Positions 8,679-17,036 are shown, counted from the first letter of the stretch. The stretch: 61,310 nt of DNA from Bacteroidales bacterium (GCA_007129355.1 SKVR01000219.1:1-61310), one strand, 5' to 3'. The notes: generated by a model not told the origin, from the sequence alone. Translations and numbers: made by a program.

Positions 8679-9836
8679 ATGGAATTGCTTAATAATGACC
8701 AGTTAAAAGAACTGCTTGCCTTGCGCAAGTGGTTGCATAAAAACCCCGAACTTTCCGGTAAGGAAAAAAACACTTCGCGAAAACTGGAGACATTCATCCG
8801 GCAAACCTCACCCGATAAAATCATAACAGGTTTGGGTGGTTTTGGTGTTGCCGCTGTTTATGTTTTTGATGAGAAAGGTCCCACTATACTGGTAAGAGCC
8901 GATATGGATGCTCTTCCCATTGATGAAGTAAATACCTTTGCCCATAAATCGAGAAATGATGGAGTTTCACATAAATGTGGACACGACGGTCATAGCACCA
9001 TTTTGGCAGCACTGGGTATTGCATTGAAAAATAATCCGCTTCCTAAAGGCAGAATAATATTGTTATTTCAACCCGAAGAGGAAACCGGAAAAGGTGCGGC
9101 CAAAGTAATTGCCGATGAAGCTTTTAAAATGATCAAGCCAGATTATGCCATTGCATTGCACAATTTGCCCGGATTCGAAAAGGCTGCCATAGTACTCAGA
9201 GATGGACCATTTGCTGCCGCATCAACAGGTATGATCATTAAAATCACTGGATCTTCATCTCACGCTGCCCAACCCGAACAGGGTAATAGTCCGGTAAAAA
9301 TGCTAGCCCATGCTATGCGCGAGATACCAGAGATTCCGCACAAAAAATCGGCAAAATTCAAAGACTTTGCCCTGGCAACCATTATTCATTCAAAGCTGGG
9401 TGAGGTTGCATTTGGCACCAATCCCGGTAAGGCTGTTCTTATGGCAACACTTCGAACCTACTACAACGATGATATGGTAGTACTGGTTAAGGAAGCCGAA
9501 CGGCTTGTAAAATCTCTTGCTGAAGAGTACAAAATGAAGATTGAAATATCATACACCGAAGATTTTCCGGCTACCATCAATGATAAAAAGCTGAATGATG
9601 TCATACGGCATATGTGTGATGAACTGGGAGAAGAAATAGTTGAGATAGATGAGGCCTTCCGCTGGTCGGAGGATTTTGGTCATTTTACCAGTAACTTCAG
9701 AGGGACACTCTTTGGAATAGGCAGTGGAAAGGACAGTCCGGGCCTGCACAACAATGATTACGATTTTCCCGATGAAATTCTGCCCCATGCCGTGCAGGTT
9801 TTTTATCACACCATCAGGAAAATTCTCAATACCTAA
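8679..9836 (+). CDS. M20D family amidohydrolase (N-acyl-amino-acid or hippurate hydrolase-like)
   Basis: 385 aa. Contains LHKNPELSGKE, RADMDALPI and HKCGHDGH, typical of M20D aminoacylases. ATG at 8679 is preferred over the TTG at 8670. Confidence 0.85.
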   Translation: MELLNNDQLKELLALRKWLHKNPELSGKEKNTSRKLETFIRQTSPDKIITGLGGFGVAAVYVFDEKGPTILVRADMDALPIDEVNTFAHKSRNDGVSHKCGHDGHSTILAALGIALKNNPLPKGRIILLFQPEEETGKGAAKVIADEAFKMIKPDYAIALHNLPGFEKAAIVLRDGPFAAASTGMIIKITGSSSHAAQPEQGNSPVKMLAHAMREIPEIPHKKSAKFKDFALATIIHSKLGEVAFGTNPGKAVLMATLRTYYNDDMVVLVKEAERLVKSLAEEYKMKIEISYTEDFPATINDKKLNDVIRHMCDELGEEIVEIDEAFRWSEDFGHFTSNFRGTLFGIGSGKDSPGLHNNDYDFPDEILPHAVQVFYHTIRKILNT

Positions 9837-9944
9837 AAACAATGGCATAGGCCCAGCTGGGTTTAACCTTTCTTAGACGCATTCAAAGAAAATAACTCGA
9901 AGGAGTGAAATGATTATAGCATAAAAGCAAGACAACATAAAAAA

Positions 9945-9964
9945 GATCCCGAAGGGATGACATT
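9945..9964. repeat. short member of the gatcc..cgaagg..gatgaca palindromic repeat family
   Basis: gatcccgaagggatgacatt contains the hairpin atccc-gaa-gggat and shares the words cgaagg(g)at..gatgaca with the arms of the 15796-15946 element. A degenerate copy, ctcgaaggagtgaaatgatt, lies at 9896-9915. Confidence 0.4.
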
Positions 9965-9991
9965 AATATCTTCCATAAAATAATTATCAAA

Positions 9992-11143
9992 ATGTTTCAT
10001 ACATCCCACATAGAGATCAGCAAATCAGCCTACAAAAAAAACATCAAATATCTGCGCAAACTGGTAGGTGATCATACAGTTATTTCTTCCGTTATTAAAG
10101 GAAATGCCTACGGCCACGGAGTTGAAAATATTGTACCCCTTGCCGAAGAAAATGGTTTGTCGCACTTTAGTGTTTTTTCTGCATCTGAAGCTTTGCAGGT
10201 ATGCAAAGTAAAATCACATAAATCAGATGTTATGATCATGGGCTTACTGGATGATGAGGAGATAGAATGGGCCATCGTGAACGATGTGGAGTTTTATGTT
10301 TTTGATACTGAACGACTTGATAAAGCCATTGAAACGGCAAAAAAACTTAATAAGCGGGCCCGTTTGCACATTGAAGTGGAAACAGGATTTCATCGAACAG
10401 GTTTTCATTACAATTACATGCCCGAGCTACTCGAAAAACTCAAAAACAATTTCGAACATTTCACTTTTGAAGGACTCTGCACCCATTTTGCCGGGGCCGA
10501 AAGTATTGCCAATTATGTGCGCATCCGTGAGCAGATTTCTCAGTACCGCAAGTTTTACAGATATTTTCAGCGTCATGACCTCCTACCTTTAAGAAAGCAC
10601 ACCGCCTGCTCTGCAGCCGTGCTTACCTACCCTACCACCATCATGGATCTCGTAAGGGTAGGAATTGCGCAGTACGGATTCTGGCCCAGTCCCGAAACGC
10701 AGATGTTCCGTTTCCGCAAAGACACGCAAGATGAGAATCCCCTGCGCAGACTCATTTCCTGGAAATCACGGGTAATGGTAGTTAAAGAAGTAGAAGCAGG
10801 AGAGTTTATTGGTTACGGCTCATCATACCTTGCCAATAAAAAAATGAAGATCGCCATTGTTCCGGTGGGATACAGCAACGGTTTCAGCCGATCACTTTCC
10901 AATATGGGGCGGGTGCTGATACGCGGCAAACGGGTATCAGTTATCGGTACCGTAACCATGAACACTATGACCGTTAATGTTTCCGACATACCCAATGTGG
11001 AACGCGGTGACGAAGTGGTTATTATAGGAAAACAAAACCGAATGAATATAAGTGTGGCATCTTTCTCAGAAATGAGTAACCAGCTCAATTACCAGACCCT
11101 AACCCGCATCCCGGCGGATATTCCGAGGTATATGGTGAAGTAG
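9992..11143 (+). CDS. alr: alanine racemase (stand-alone)
   Basis: 383 aa. PLP-lysine motif VIKGNAYGHG near the N-terminus and VPVGYSNGFSR near the C-terminal domain. Confidence 0.9.
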   Translation: MFHTSHIEISKSAYKKNIKYLRKLVGDHTVISSVIKGNAYGHGVENIVPLAEENGLSHFSVFSASEALQVCKVKSHKSDVMIMGLLDDEEIEWAIVNDVEFYVFDTERLDKAIETAKKLNKRARLHIEVETGFHRTGFHYNYMPELLEKLKNNFEHFTFEGLCTHFAGAESIANYVRIREQISQYRKFYRYFQRHDLLPLRKHTACSAAVLTYPTTIMDLVRVGIAQYGFWPSPETQMFRFRKDTQDENPLRRLISWKSRVMVVKEVEAGEFIGYGSSYLANKKMKIAIVPVGYSNGFSRSLSNMGRVLIRGKRVSVIGTVTMNTMTVNVSDIPNVERGDEVVIIGKQNRMNISVASFSEMSNQLNYQTLTRIPADIPRYMVK

Positions 11144-11155
11144 ATTTTACAAACA

Positions 11156-11193
11156 AAAACCTGATACCCCCTCTGCCGGTTTCAGGTTTTTTC
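11156..11193 (+). terminator. putative rho-independent terminator after alr
   Basis: aaaacctga .. tcaggtttt stem (7-9 bp) with a 17-nt loop, running into a T tract. Confidence 0.4.
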
Positions 11194-11194
11194 A

Positions 11195-11202
11195 TACTTT
11201 TG
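11195..11202 (+). promoter_or_regulatory. -7 box TACTTTTG upstream of the NSS transporter
   Basis: Exact TAnnTTTG match 29 nt upstream of the ATG at 11231. Confidence 0.4.
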
Positions 11203-11230
11203 GGTTTTCGCAAACCAAAGCACACGAAAA

Positions 11231-12724
11231 ATGTCGATAGATCAATCGGTAAATCAAAGGTTCAGCAGCAGGCTAGGACTTTTGCTCAGTGCCCTGGGGA
11301 TAGCTGTAGGTACTGGAAATATCTGGCGCTTTCCACGCATTGCGGCGCAAAATGGAGGTGATGAAGGGGCCGGTGCATTAATACTGGCATGGGTTATTTT
11401 CTTGCTGTTGTGGAGTATTCCGCTAATCATCACCGAATACCTGATCGGTCGCAAATACCGCTATGGCGTTGTAGGTTCTTTTGTGAAGGGAATGGGCAAA
11501 CGCTTTGCCTGGATGGGAGCATTTGTGGCCTTTGTAGCCGCGGCTATCAGCTTCTTCTATGCCGTTATTGCAGGTTGGGCCATGTATTATTTTTTCCTTA
11601 TGGTTACCCAACCCTTGCCTACATCTAATGAGGTGTCCCTTGCGGCATGGGAAGGTTTTCAGCAGTCGCACCTCCCCTTTTTCCTGCATTTTATCGCTGT
11701 AGCAGCCGGAATTTTTGCCATCTGGAAAGGAATTAACTCCATCGAAAAGGTAAATAAGGTGCTGATACCAGTATTGATAATAATCATACTTGCGGCCGTA
11801 ACACGCGCCATGATGCTGCCCGGTGCCATTGATGGAGTATCCTACCTGTTCACCGTTGAATGGGCGCAATTAAAAACTCCTGAAATATGGCTGCAGGCAC
11901 TTACCCAAAACGCATGGGATACGGGTGCCGGCTGGGGTTTATTTCTTTGCTACGCTGCCTATATGCAGGTTAAACATGGTGCGGTGAAAAATGCGTTCAT
12001 AACCGGTTTCGGAAATAACATCATTTCGTTACTCATGGCGATTATGATATTCGGAACAGTATTCTCCGTTTTGCAATTCGGACTGGGATATACTGATCCG
12101 GAAGTACTGGAAGTAATGCAAACATCAGGGCCGGCTTCCACCGGATTAACATTCATCTGGATGCCCCAGCTTTTTGCCCTGATGCCCGGCGGAAGGATAC
12201 TTGCCATTTTCTTCTTCCTGGGTTTATCTTTTGCAGGTTTCTCATCCCTTATATCGATGCTTGAATTGAGCTCGCGCACCCTGGTTGATCGTGGCATTAA
12301 AAGGAAATATGCTGTATTGATCATTGGTATGCTGGTTTACCTGCTCGGCATACCATCAGCCATGAGCCTGAATGTATTAAGCAACCAGGATTTTGTATGG
12401 GGACTAGGGTTGATGGTGTCGGGAGTATTTATTGCATTGTTTGCTGTAAAACATGGACTTACCAGGCTCAAATCATCCGATGGAATTATTACCGGCGACT
12501 GGCCCCTGGGCCAATGGTGGCATTTCCTGATCCGCTTTTTTGTGCCCTCAGCAGGTGTCATTTTGCTGGGATGGTGGCTGTGGCTATCATTTACCGAATT
12601 CGCCCCCGACCAGTGGTACAATCCCTTCAGCGGATTCAGCCCCATGACGGTAGTGGTGCAATGGGGAGTTGTATTGGCGGTATTCGCTATATTTAATAAA
12701 CAAATTGCTAAATTATCGAATTAA
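11231..12724 (+). CDS. sodium-dependent transporter, neurotransmitter:sodium symporter (SNF/NSS) family
   Basis: 497 aa and polytopic. Contains the NSS signature GTGNIWRFP in TM1. Confidence 0.9.
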   Translation: MSIDQSVNQRFSSRLGLLLSALGIAVGTGNIWRFPRIAAQNGGDEGAGALILAWVIFLLLWSIPLIITEYLIGRKYRYGVVGSFVKGMGKRFAWMGAFVAFVAAAISFFYAVIAGWAMYYFFLMVTQPLPTSNEVSLAAWEGFQQSHLPFFLHFIAVAAGIFAIWKGINSIEKVNKVLIPVLIIIILAAVTRAMMLPGAIDGVSYLFTVEWAQLKTPEIWLQALTQNAWDTGAGWGLFLCYAAYMQVKHGAVKNAFITGFGNNIISLLMAIMIFGTVFSVLQFGLGYTDPEVLEVMQTSGPASTGLTFIWMPQLFALMPGGRILAIFFFLGLSFAGFSSLISMLELSSRTLVDRGIKRKYAVLIIGMLVYLLGIPSAMSLNVLSNQDFVWGLGLMVSGVFIALFAVKHGLTRLKSSDGIITGDWPLGQWWHFLIRFFVPSAGVILLGWWLWLSFTEFAPDQWYNPFSGFSPMTVVVQWGVVLAVFAIFNKQIAKLSN

Positions 12725-12732
12725 TGAAAAAT

Positions 12733-12772
12733 CACTTTCTCACTTTCTCATTTTCTTACTTTCTTACTTTTA
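12733..12772. repeat. tandem 8-nt repeat, 5 copies (cactttct-type)
   Basis: cactttct cactttct cattttct tactttct tactttta, starting 9 nt after the transporter stop codon. Confidence 0.9.
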
Positions 12773-12804
12773 ACTCAATAACCTAATAACTCAATAACTC
12801 AATA
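12773..12804. repeat. tandem 8-nt repeat, 4 copies (actcaata-type)
   Basis: actcaata acctaata actcaata actcaata directly abuts the previous array and ends 11 nt before the ltaE ATG. Confidence 0.9.
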
Positions 12805-12815
12805 CCTCTCCACCC

Positions 12816-13838
12816 ATGAAAAGAAGTTTCGCCAGCGACAACAATGCACCTGTTCATCCGGAAGTAATGCAGGCCATTATTGATGCCAACCATGAAGATT
12901 ATGTTTCCTATGGAGACGACCCCTATACCAAAGAAGCCAGTAATTTATTCAATGAGAACTTTGGACGCGAAGTCAAGGTCTTTTTTGTTTGCAATGGTAC
13001 CGGCGCCAATGTATCTGCTATATCTCACCTGATCCGTCCGTGGCAAACCATCATGTGTGCATCCACAGCCCATATTCATAATGATGAATGCGGTGCCCCT
13101 GAAAAATTTACAGGCAGCAAGTTGCATACTGTTCCGTCGGAAGATGGCAAGCTGCGAGTGAAACAACTGGAACCTTTTCTGCACTCGGTGGGTTTCGAGC
13201 ATCACGCTCAGCCCGGTATTATTTCCATAACCCAGAGCACCGAACTGGGCATGGTATATACTCCTGATGAGATAAAGGAAATATCGGATTTTGCCAGGAA
13301 AAACAATATCTACCTTCACCTTGACGGTGCGCGTATTGCCAATGCGGTTGCGGCACTGAATATCAGCCTGGAAGAAATGATCGCCCTGACTGGTGTTGAT
13401 GTTATGTCATTCGGTGCCACCAAAAACGGACTTATGATGGGTGAAGCCGTGGTATTTCTCAACCCGGAGCTGGCAAAAGATTTTGAGTACATTCGAAAAC
13501 AATCCATGCAACTGGCATCCAAAATGCGCTATATGTCGGCGCAGTTTATAGCCCATTTCAAGAACGATCTCTGGCTGAAAACTGCATCTCATGCTAACCG
13601 CATGGCACAGCTGCTGGCAGAAAAGATAAGACACATACCGCAAGTCAAGCTTACCATGCCCGTGCAGACCAACGCGGTATTTGCATCCATCCCACCTGAA
13701 ATCATCCAACCATTGAAAGAAAAATATTATTTCTATGTATGGAATGAAAAAAATAATGAAGTACGATGGATGACCCATTTCCAGACCACAGAGCAGGATA
13801 TCGATGACTTTGTAAGAGCATTGGAAGATTTACTTTAA
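12816..13838 (+). CDS. ltaE: low-specificity L-threonine aldolase (beta-eliminating lyase family, PLP)
   Basis: 340 aa. N-terminal FASDNNAPVHPEVMQAI, GTGANV and SFGATKNG (PLP-Lys region) are typical of LtaE. Confidence 0.85.
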   Translation: MKRSFASDNNAPVHPEVMQAIIDANHEDYVSYGDDPYTKEASNLFNENFGREVKVFFVCNGTGANVSAISHLIRPWQTIMCASTAHIHNDECGAPEKFTGSKLHTVPSEDGKLRVKQLEPFLHSVGFEHHAQPGIISITQSTELGMVYTPDEIKEISDFARKNNIYLHLDGARIANAVAALNISLEEMIALTGVDVMSFGATKNGLMMGEAVVFLNPELAKDFEYIRKQSMQLASKMRYMSAQFIAHFKNDLWLKTASHANRMAQLLAEKIRHIPQVKLTMPVQTNAVFASIPPEIIQPLKEKYYFYVWNEKNNEVRWMTHFQTTEQDIDDFVRALEDLL

Positions 13839-14023
13839 AAAACTGAAAGTAAAATCAAATGACCCGGAGTTCATCCAACTTTCCGTAATTTACCTAAGAT
13901 TATATAGTTAAATAAGTAATACTTTTATGCTTGAATTATTTTAAATAGAAGTAATTCACATATGACTTTGTATTCATATGAGCCATTTACTTAAATCAAC
14001 CATCAGCCTTAAACCTTAATAAC

Positions 14024-15517
14024 ATGAAAAAGAAGTTCTTTTACTCAGCTGCCCTGGCATTATTTTTTGGTGTTTCATATGCCCAGGTGGAAACCTTTGA
14101 CCTTTCCGATTTCAAACTTCCCTATTTAAGATATGAAAGGCTTGATCTTGATTTTGGGTTAAACAGCCAAAACCAGTTTAATTCCTGGAAAGACACAACA
14201 GACTTCAATTTCAGTAGTTCAAATATTAGCTCACGCTTTAACACAGGAGGCATTTATAGCCTTTATCTCAATACCCCAAAACAGCAATCAAGCTATACAA
14301 TATACACTGATATTCAAATCAGGCCCTTCAACCGTTCAGAATCAGTCTATAATGATGAATCTTCTGCAATATCCAGTTTTAGTCGCATGAATTTTCTAAT
14401 AAGCGGAAGTTCACGTAACAGGTTTTACAATCGCAACCGTTGGTTTATTGAAACGGGCCCAAAAATTGATCTTGGTTATAATCTTAATAATTTTAAAACC
14501 ATTGAAAAGGACCCCGCTGGAAATACAATATACGAAAGAATCATAAAGGAAAACAATCCTCAATTGAACGCGGGTATTGAAATTGGCGGTGGTTATGGTA
14601 GAATAGAGAACGTAACTGATGCACAGATGGCCCTGTTTATTTTAAAGGATTTATTAAAAGAAAACAGGCTTGAGAAGGACCCCACCCACCAGGAAATTTA
14701 TAAATTGGCAGAACTAATATCGCGAAAAAGAACCCAAAGATTCTTTGATGACCGACACCGGGTAATTGCACAAATCGGAGCTATTGATTCTTTGCTAACA
14801 TCAATGGGATTAGTCAATCAATCGGATGCAACCTATTTTACAACTATATACGATAACTGGCTATATGCAAACAATCCTCAAAGGGAATCAGGTTTTAGAG
14901 TTTCAGGAGGGCCAAAATTTGATTTCTCTGCATCAATATTCAATGAATCTACCAAGATCATTGATTCACCACTACCTGATTCTGAATTTAAAGAAAGATA
15001 CAGCTACATAGACTATGGATTCTGGATTCGTGCAATTGATGAGAAGCCATTAAATCATTTCTGGCAACGAACCCTTTCAGCCAACTTAATCTATACTTTT
15101 TCAAAGAATACACGAAAAGTTCAGGAACTTCCTGAAGAACAACGCGGACAAAATAATCTGGAGCTTACATTATTTGGCGGATATAGGTATTTTCCGAATA
15201 CAAGGTCATCTGTTAGTATTGGGATTCAAGCAGGCTGGCGCAAAAATGACATGGAACGCTATTTTTACCCTGTAGATTTTGATTACGAAGAGGAAGACCT
15301 TATTTATGAAAGAATTTTTGCAGTTCCGAATATTAATGGCTACTACTACTTCTCACCGCGACTCAGATTTAACTTCAATGGTTCAGTAAGTTATAACTTT
15401 TACAAAACAGATAATTTCATGTTTATTACACCTCCTATCCAAAACGGATTTAGTTATGTAACTAACAACAGGTTTAATATCTTTATTAATGCAGGTTTTA
15501 CTTACGCATTGTTCTGA
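14024..15517 (+). CDS. hypothetical outer-membrane beta-barrel protein
   Basis: 497 aa. Signal peptide MKKKFFYSAALALFFGVSYAQ. Rich in alternating aromatic and polar strands, with C-terminal ..FTYALF ending in Phe. Confidence 0.55.
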   Translation: MKKKFFYSAALALFFGVSYAQVETFDLSDFKLPYLRYERLDLDFGLNSQNQFNSWKDTTDFNFSSSNISSRFNTGGIYSLYLNTPKQQSSYTIYTDIQIRPFNRSESVYNDESSAISSFSRMNFLISGSSRNRFYNRNRWFIETGPKIDLGYNLNNFKTIEKDPAGNTIYERIIKENNPQLNAGIEIGGGYGRIENVTDAQMALFILKDLLKENRLEKDPTHQEIYKLAELISRKRTQRFFDDRHRVIAQIGAIDSLLTSMGLVNQSDATYFTTIYDNWLYANNPQRESGFRVSGGPKFDFSASIFNESTKIIDSPLPDSEFKERYSYIDYGFWIRAIDEKPLNHFWQRTLSANLIYTFSKNTRKVQELPEEQRGQNNLELTLFGGYRYFPNTRSSVSIGIQAGWRKNDMERYFYPVDFDYEEEDLIYERIFAVPNINGYYYFSPRLRFNFNGSVSYNFYKTDNFMFITPPIQNGFSYVTNNRFNIFINAGFTYALF

Positions 15518-15622
15518 TGAAAGGCCTTATCATCACAGAAGACACACATGATTTCTGGTTTTCCGAAGCCGAAGTAATTAATTTGATAGAATTGGGAAGC
15601 AGAAAGTAAGCAAGATGGGAAC

Positions 15623-15658
15623 CGCAAGGGGCGCAAGGTTTTCGCGAGGGGCGCAAGG
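15623..15658. repeat. 16-nt direct repeat x2 (cgcRaggggcgcaagg) separated by tttt
   Basis: cgcaaggggcgcaagg tttt cgcgaggggcgcaagg, followed by purine-rich gaacg/ggaag reiterations up to about 15715. Confidence 0.8.
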
Positions 15659-15795
15659 AATCACAGCAAACGGAGAACGAAAAACGGAAGACCGAAGAAC
15701 GGCGAACGCTGAATAATCAGGAATGCAATCTCTTGGTATCATTCATGCGTTTGTGATGTTAGAAACGGGCTTTAAGAATGCAGCAGTATGGCTGC

Positions 15796-15946
15796 GGGAT
15801 CCTTCGCTGGCGCTCAGGATGACAAGGCCGGTGTGGGTGAGGAGAAGAAAAAGGGGGCGGCGAAGCCGCCCCCTTTTTCTTCTTTTTCTCTATTCTTCTT
15901 GCGATGCCTGTCATCCTGAGTGCAGCTTAGCGGAACGAAGGATCCC
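15796..15946. repeat. 151-bp composite palindromic element
   Basis: Outer arms gggatccttcg..ctcaggatgaca (15796-15824) and tgtcatcctgag..cgaaggatccc (15909-15946) are inverted copies. The core is a perfect 19-bp stem. Confidence 0.85.
15843..15883. terminator. perfect 19-bp GC-cored hairpin between convergent genes (possible bidirectional terminator)
   Basis: agaagaaaaagggggcggc gaa gccgccccctttttcttct, with A-rich and T-rich flanks on both sides. It lies between the 14024-15517(+) gene and prmC(-). Confidence 0.5.
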
Positions 15947-15974
15947 CTAGCCGTTGCAGCCCGGATATAGACAT

Positions 15975-15994
15975 CATAACCCCACATAACCCCA
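15975..15994. repeat. tandem 10-nt repeat x2 (cataacccca)
   Basis: Exact duplication read directly from the sequence. It is followed by hairpins at 15998-16024 and 16070-16085. Confidence 0.8.
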
Positions 15995-16106
15995 ACTCCG
16001 GGCACGAACTTTAGTCGTACCCGGAGGGTACTCCGCGCCCTTCGCGTCTCCGCGGTTCTAATCATTTGATCCCGCATTAGCGGGACTTCGAACCTTCAGT
16101 TCTCAG

Positions 16107-16162
16107 CATTTGACATCACACATTTGACATCACACATCTGACATCATAAATTTGACATCACA
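16107..16162. repeat. tandem 14-nt repeat, 4 copies (catttgacatcaca-type)
   Basis: catttgacatcaca catttgacatcaca catctgacatcata aatttgacatcaca. The last unit overlaps the prmC stop codon (16158-16160). Confidence 0.9.
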
Positions 16163-17036
16163 ACCTTCCTCTCACCATCCTCTCCTTCCCATGCATATCT
16201 CTGCGAATTTCTACTGCAGAAAAACCATTTTGCTCAAATAGCTGTGTAGTTTCCTGGCCCAATGCTTCATTGATTTCCACATACAAAGCTCCGTGCGGGT
16301 TGAGTGTTGCTTTGGCTGCAGAAACAATAGAGGAATAATAGAGTAGCGGATCATTATCGGCAACAAACAAAGCCTGGTGAGGCTCATAATCCAGCACATT
16401 TTTCTGCATAAATGCTTTTTCTGATTCCCTTAAGTAGGGCGGATTGCTAACAATGTAATCAAACCTTTGCTCAGGCGCAGGGTCCTTCAGAATATCGTGA
16501 AGGAAAAGGTCAATTGAAGATTGATTCCGTTCGGCATTTTTTTGGGCCACTTCCAGTGCTTTTTCACTTATATCGCTGGCATATACCCTGGCTCCATTCA
16601 ACTCTTTTGCCAGACTAATGGCGATTGCCCCGCTTCCGGTGCCAATATCCCAGCATTTTATGGTACGGGATGGCTCATGATTAATTTCCACCAAATCATC
16701 CAGCATCCACTCTACCAGCTCCTCCGTTTCGCTGCGTGGAATAAGCACGTGTTTATTCACTTCAAGAACCAGTTCACGAAAGAAGGCCTGCCCTGTAACA
16801 TATTGCACCGGAACGTCATTATTAAGCTGTTTAATAACACGCCAAAGCTCTAAGATCTTCGATTCGCTGATCCGTTTATCCCGGTTCAGGGCAAAATCTG
16901 TGGCAGAGGTATTTAAATAATGTTCAAATACAAGTCTGCCTATGGCCCTTGCTTCCAATTCATTGTACTTTAAAGAGATATGTTCAACAAACCATTTCCA
17001 TACTGCTCCAAGTGTGTTGTTTTTTAAACCTTTCAT
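16158..17036 (-). CDS. prmC: peptide chain release factor N5-glutamine methyltransferase
   Basis: 292 aa. SAM-binding DIGTGSGAIAISLA and catalytic VSNPPYL (NPPY). Confidence 0.9.
   Translation of the reverse strand: MKGLKNNTLGAVWKWFVEHISLKYNELEARAIGRLVFEHYLNTSATDFALNRDKRISESKILELWRVIKQLNNDVPVQYVTGQAFFRELVLEVNKHVLIPRSETEELVEWMLDDLVEINHEPSRTIKCWDIGTGSGAIAISLAKELNGARVYASDISEKALEVAQKNAERNQSSIDLFLHDILKDPAPEQRFDYIVSNPPYLRESEKAFMQKNVLDYEPHQALFVADNDPLLYYSSIVSAAKATLNPHGALYVEINEALGQETTQLFEQNGFSAVEIRRDMHGKERMVRGRL

Noticed and set aside
15723-16077. ORF-track ORFs 15723-15950(+) and 15814-16077(-) in the OMP/prmC spacer
   Set aside because: They overlap each other on opposite strands and lie entirely inside palindromic and tandem repeats. 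Their translations (..SLALRMT.., ..CHPECS.., RRKRGRRSRP) are the kind of artefact such repeats produce. No promoter box or protein-like composition is present.
16070-16100. tRNA-like T-loop word (minus strand ggttcgaagtccc) suggesting a tRNA gene
   Set aside because: The flanking bases cannot form a T-stem or acceptor stem (gaagg versus tcccg are not complementary), and no D or anticodon arm can be drawn. It is part of the hairpin tcccgc-atta-gcggga instead.
16107-16162. TCACA / TGTGA words in the 14-nt repeats as CRP-type cAMP-receptor binding sites (tempting given the cyclase in the window)
   Set aside because: The half-sites are in direct rather than inverted orientation and the spacing is wrong for TGTGA-N6-TCACA. 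They lie at a gene 3-prime end, not a promoter.
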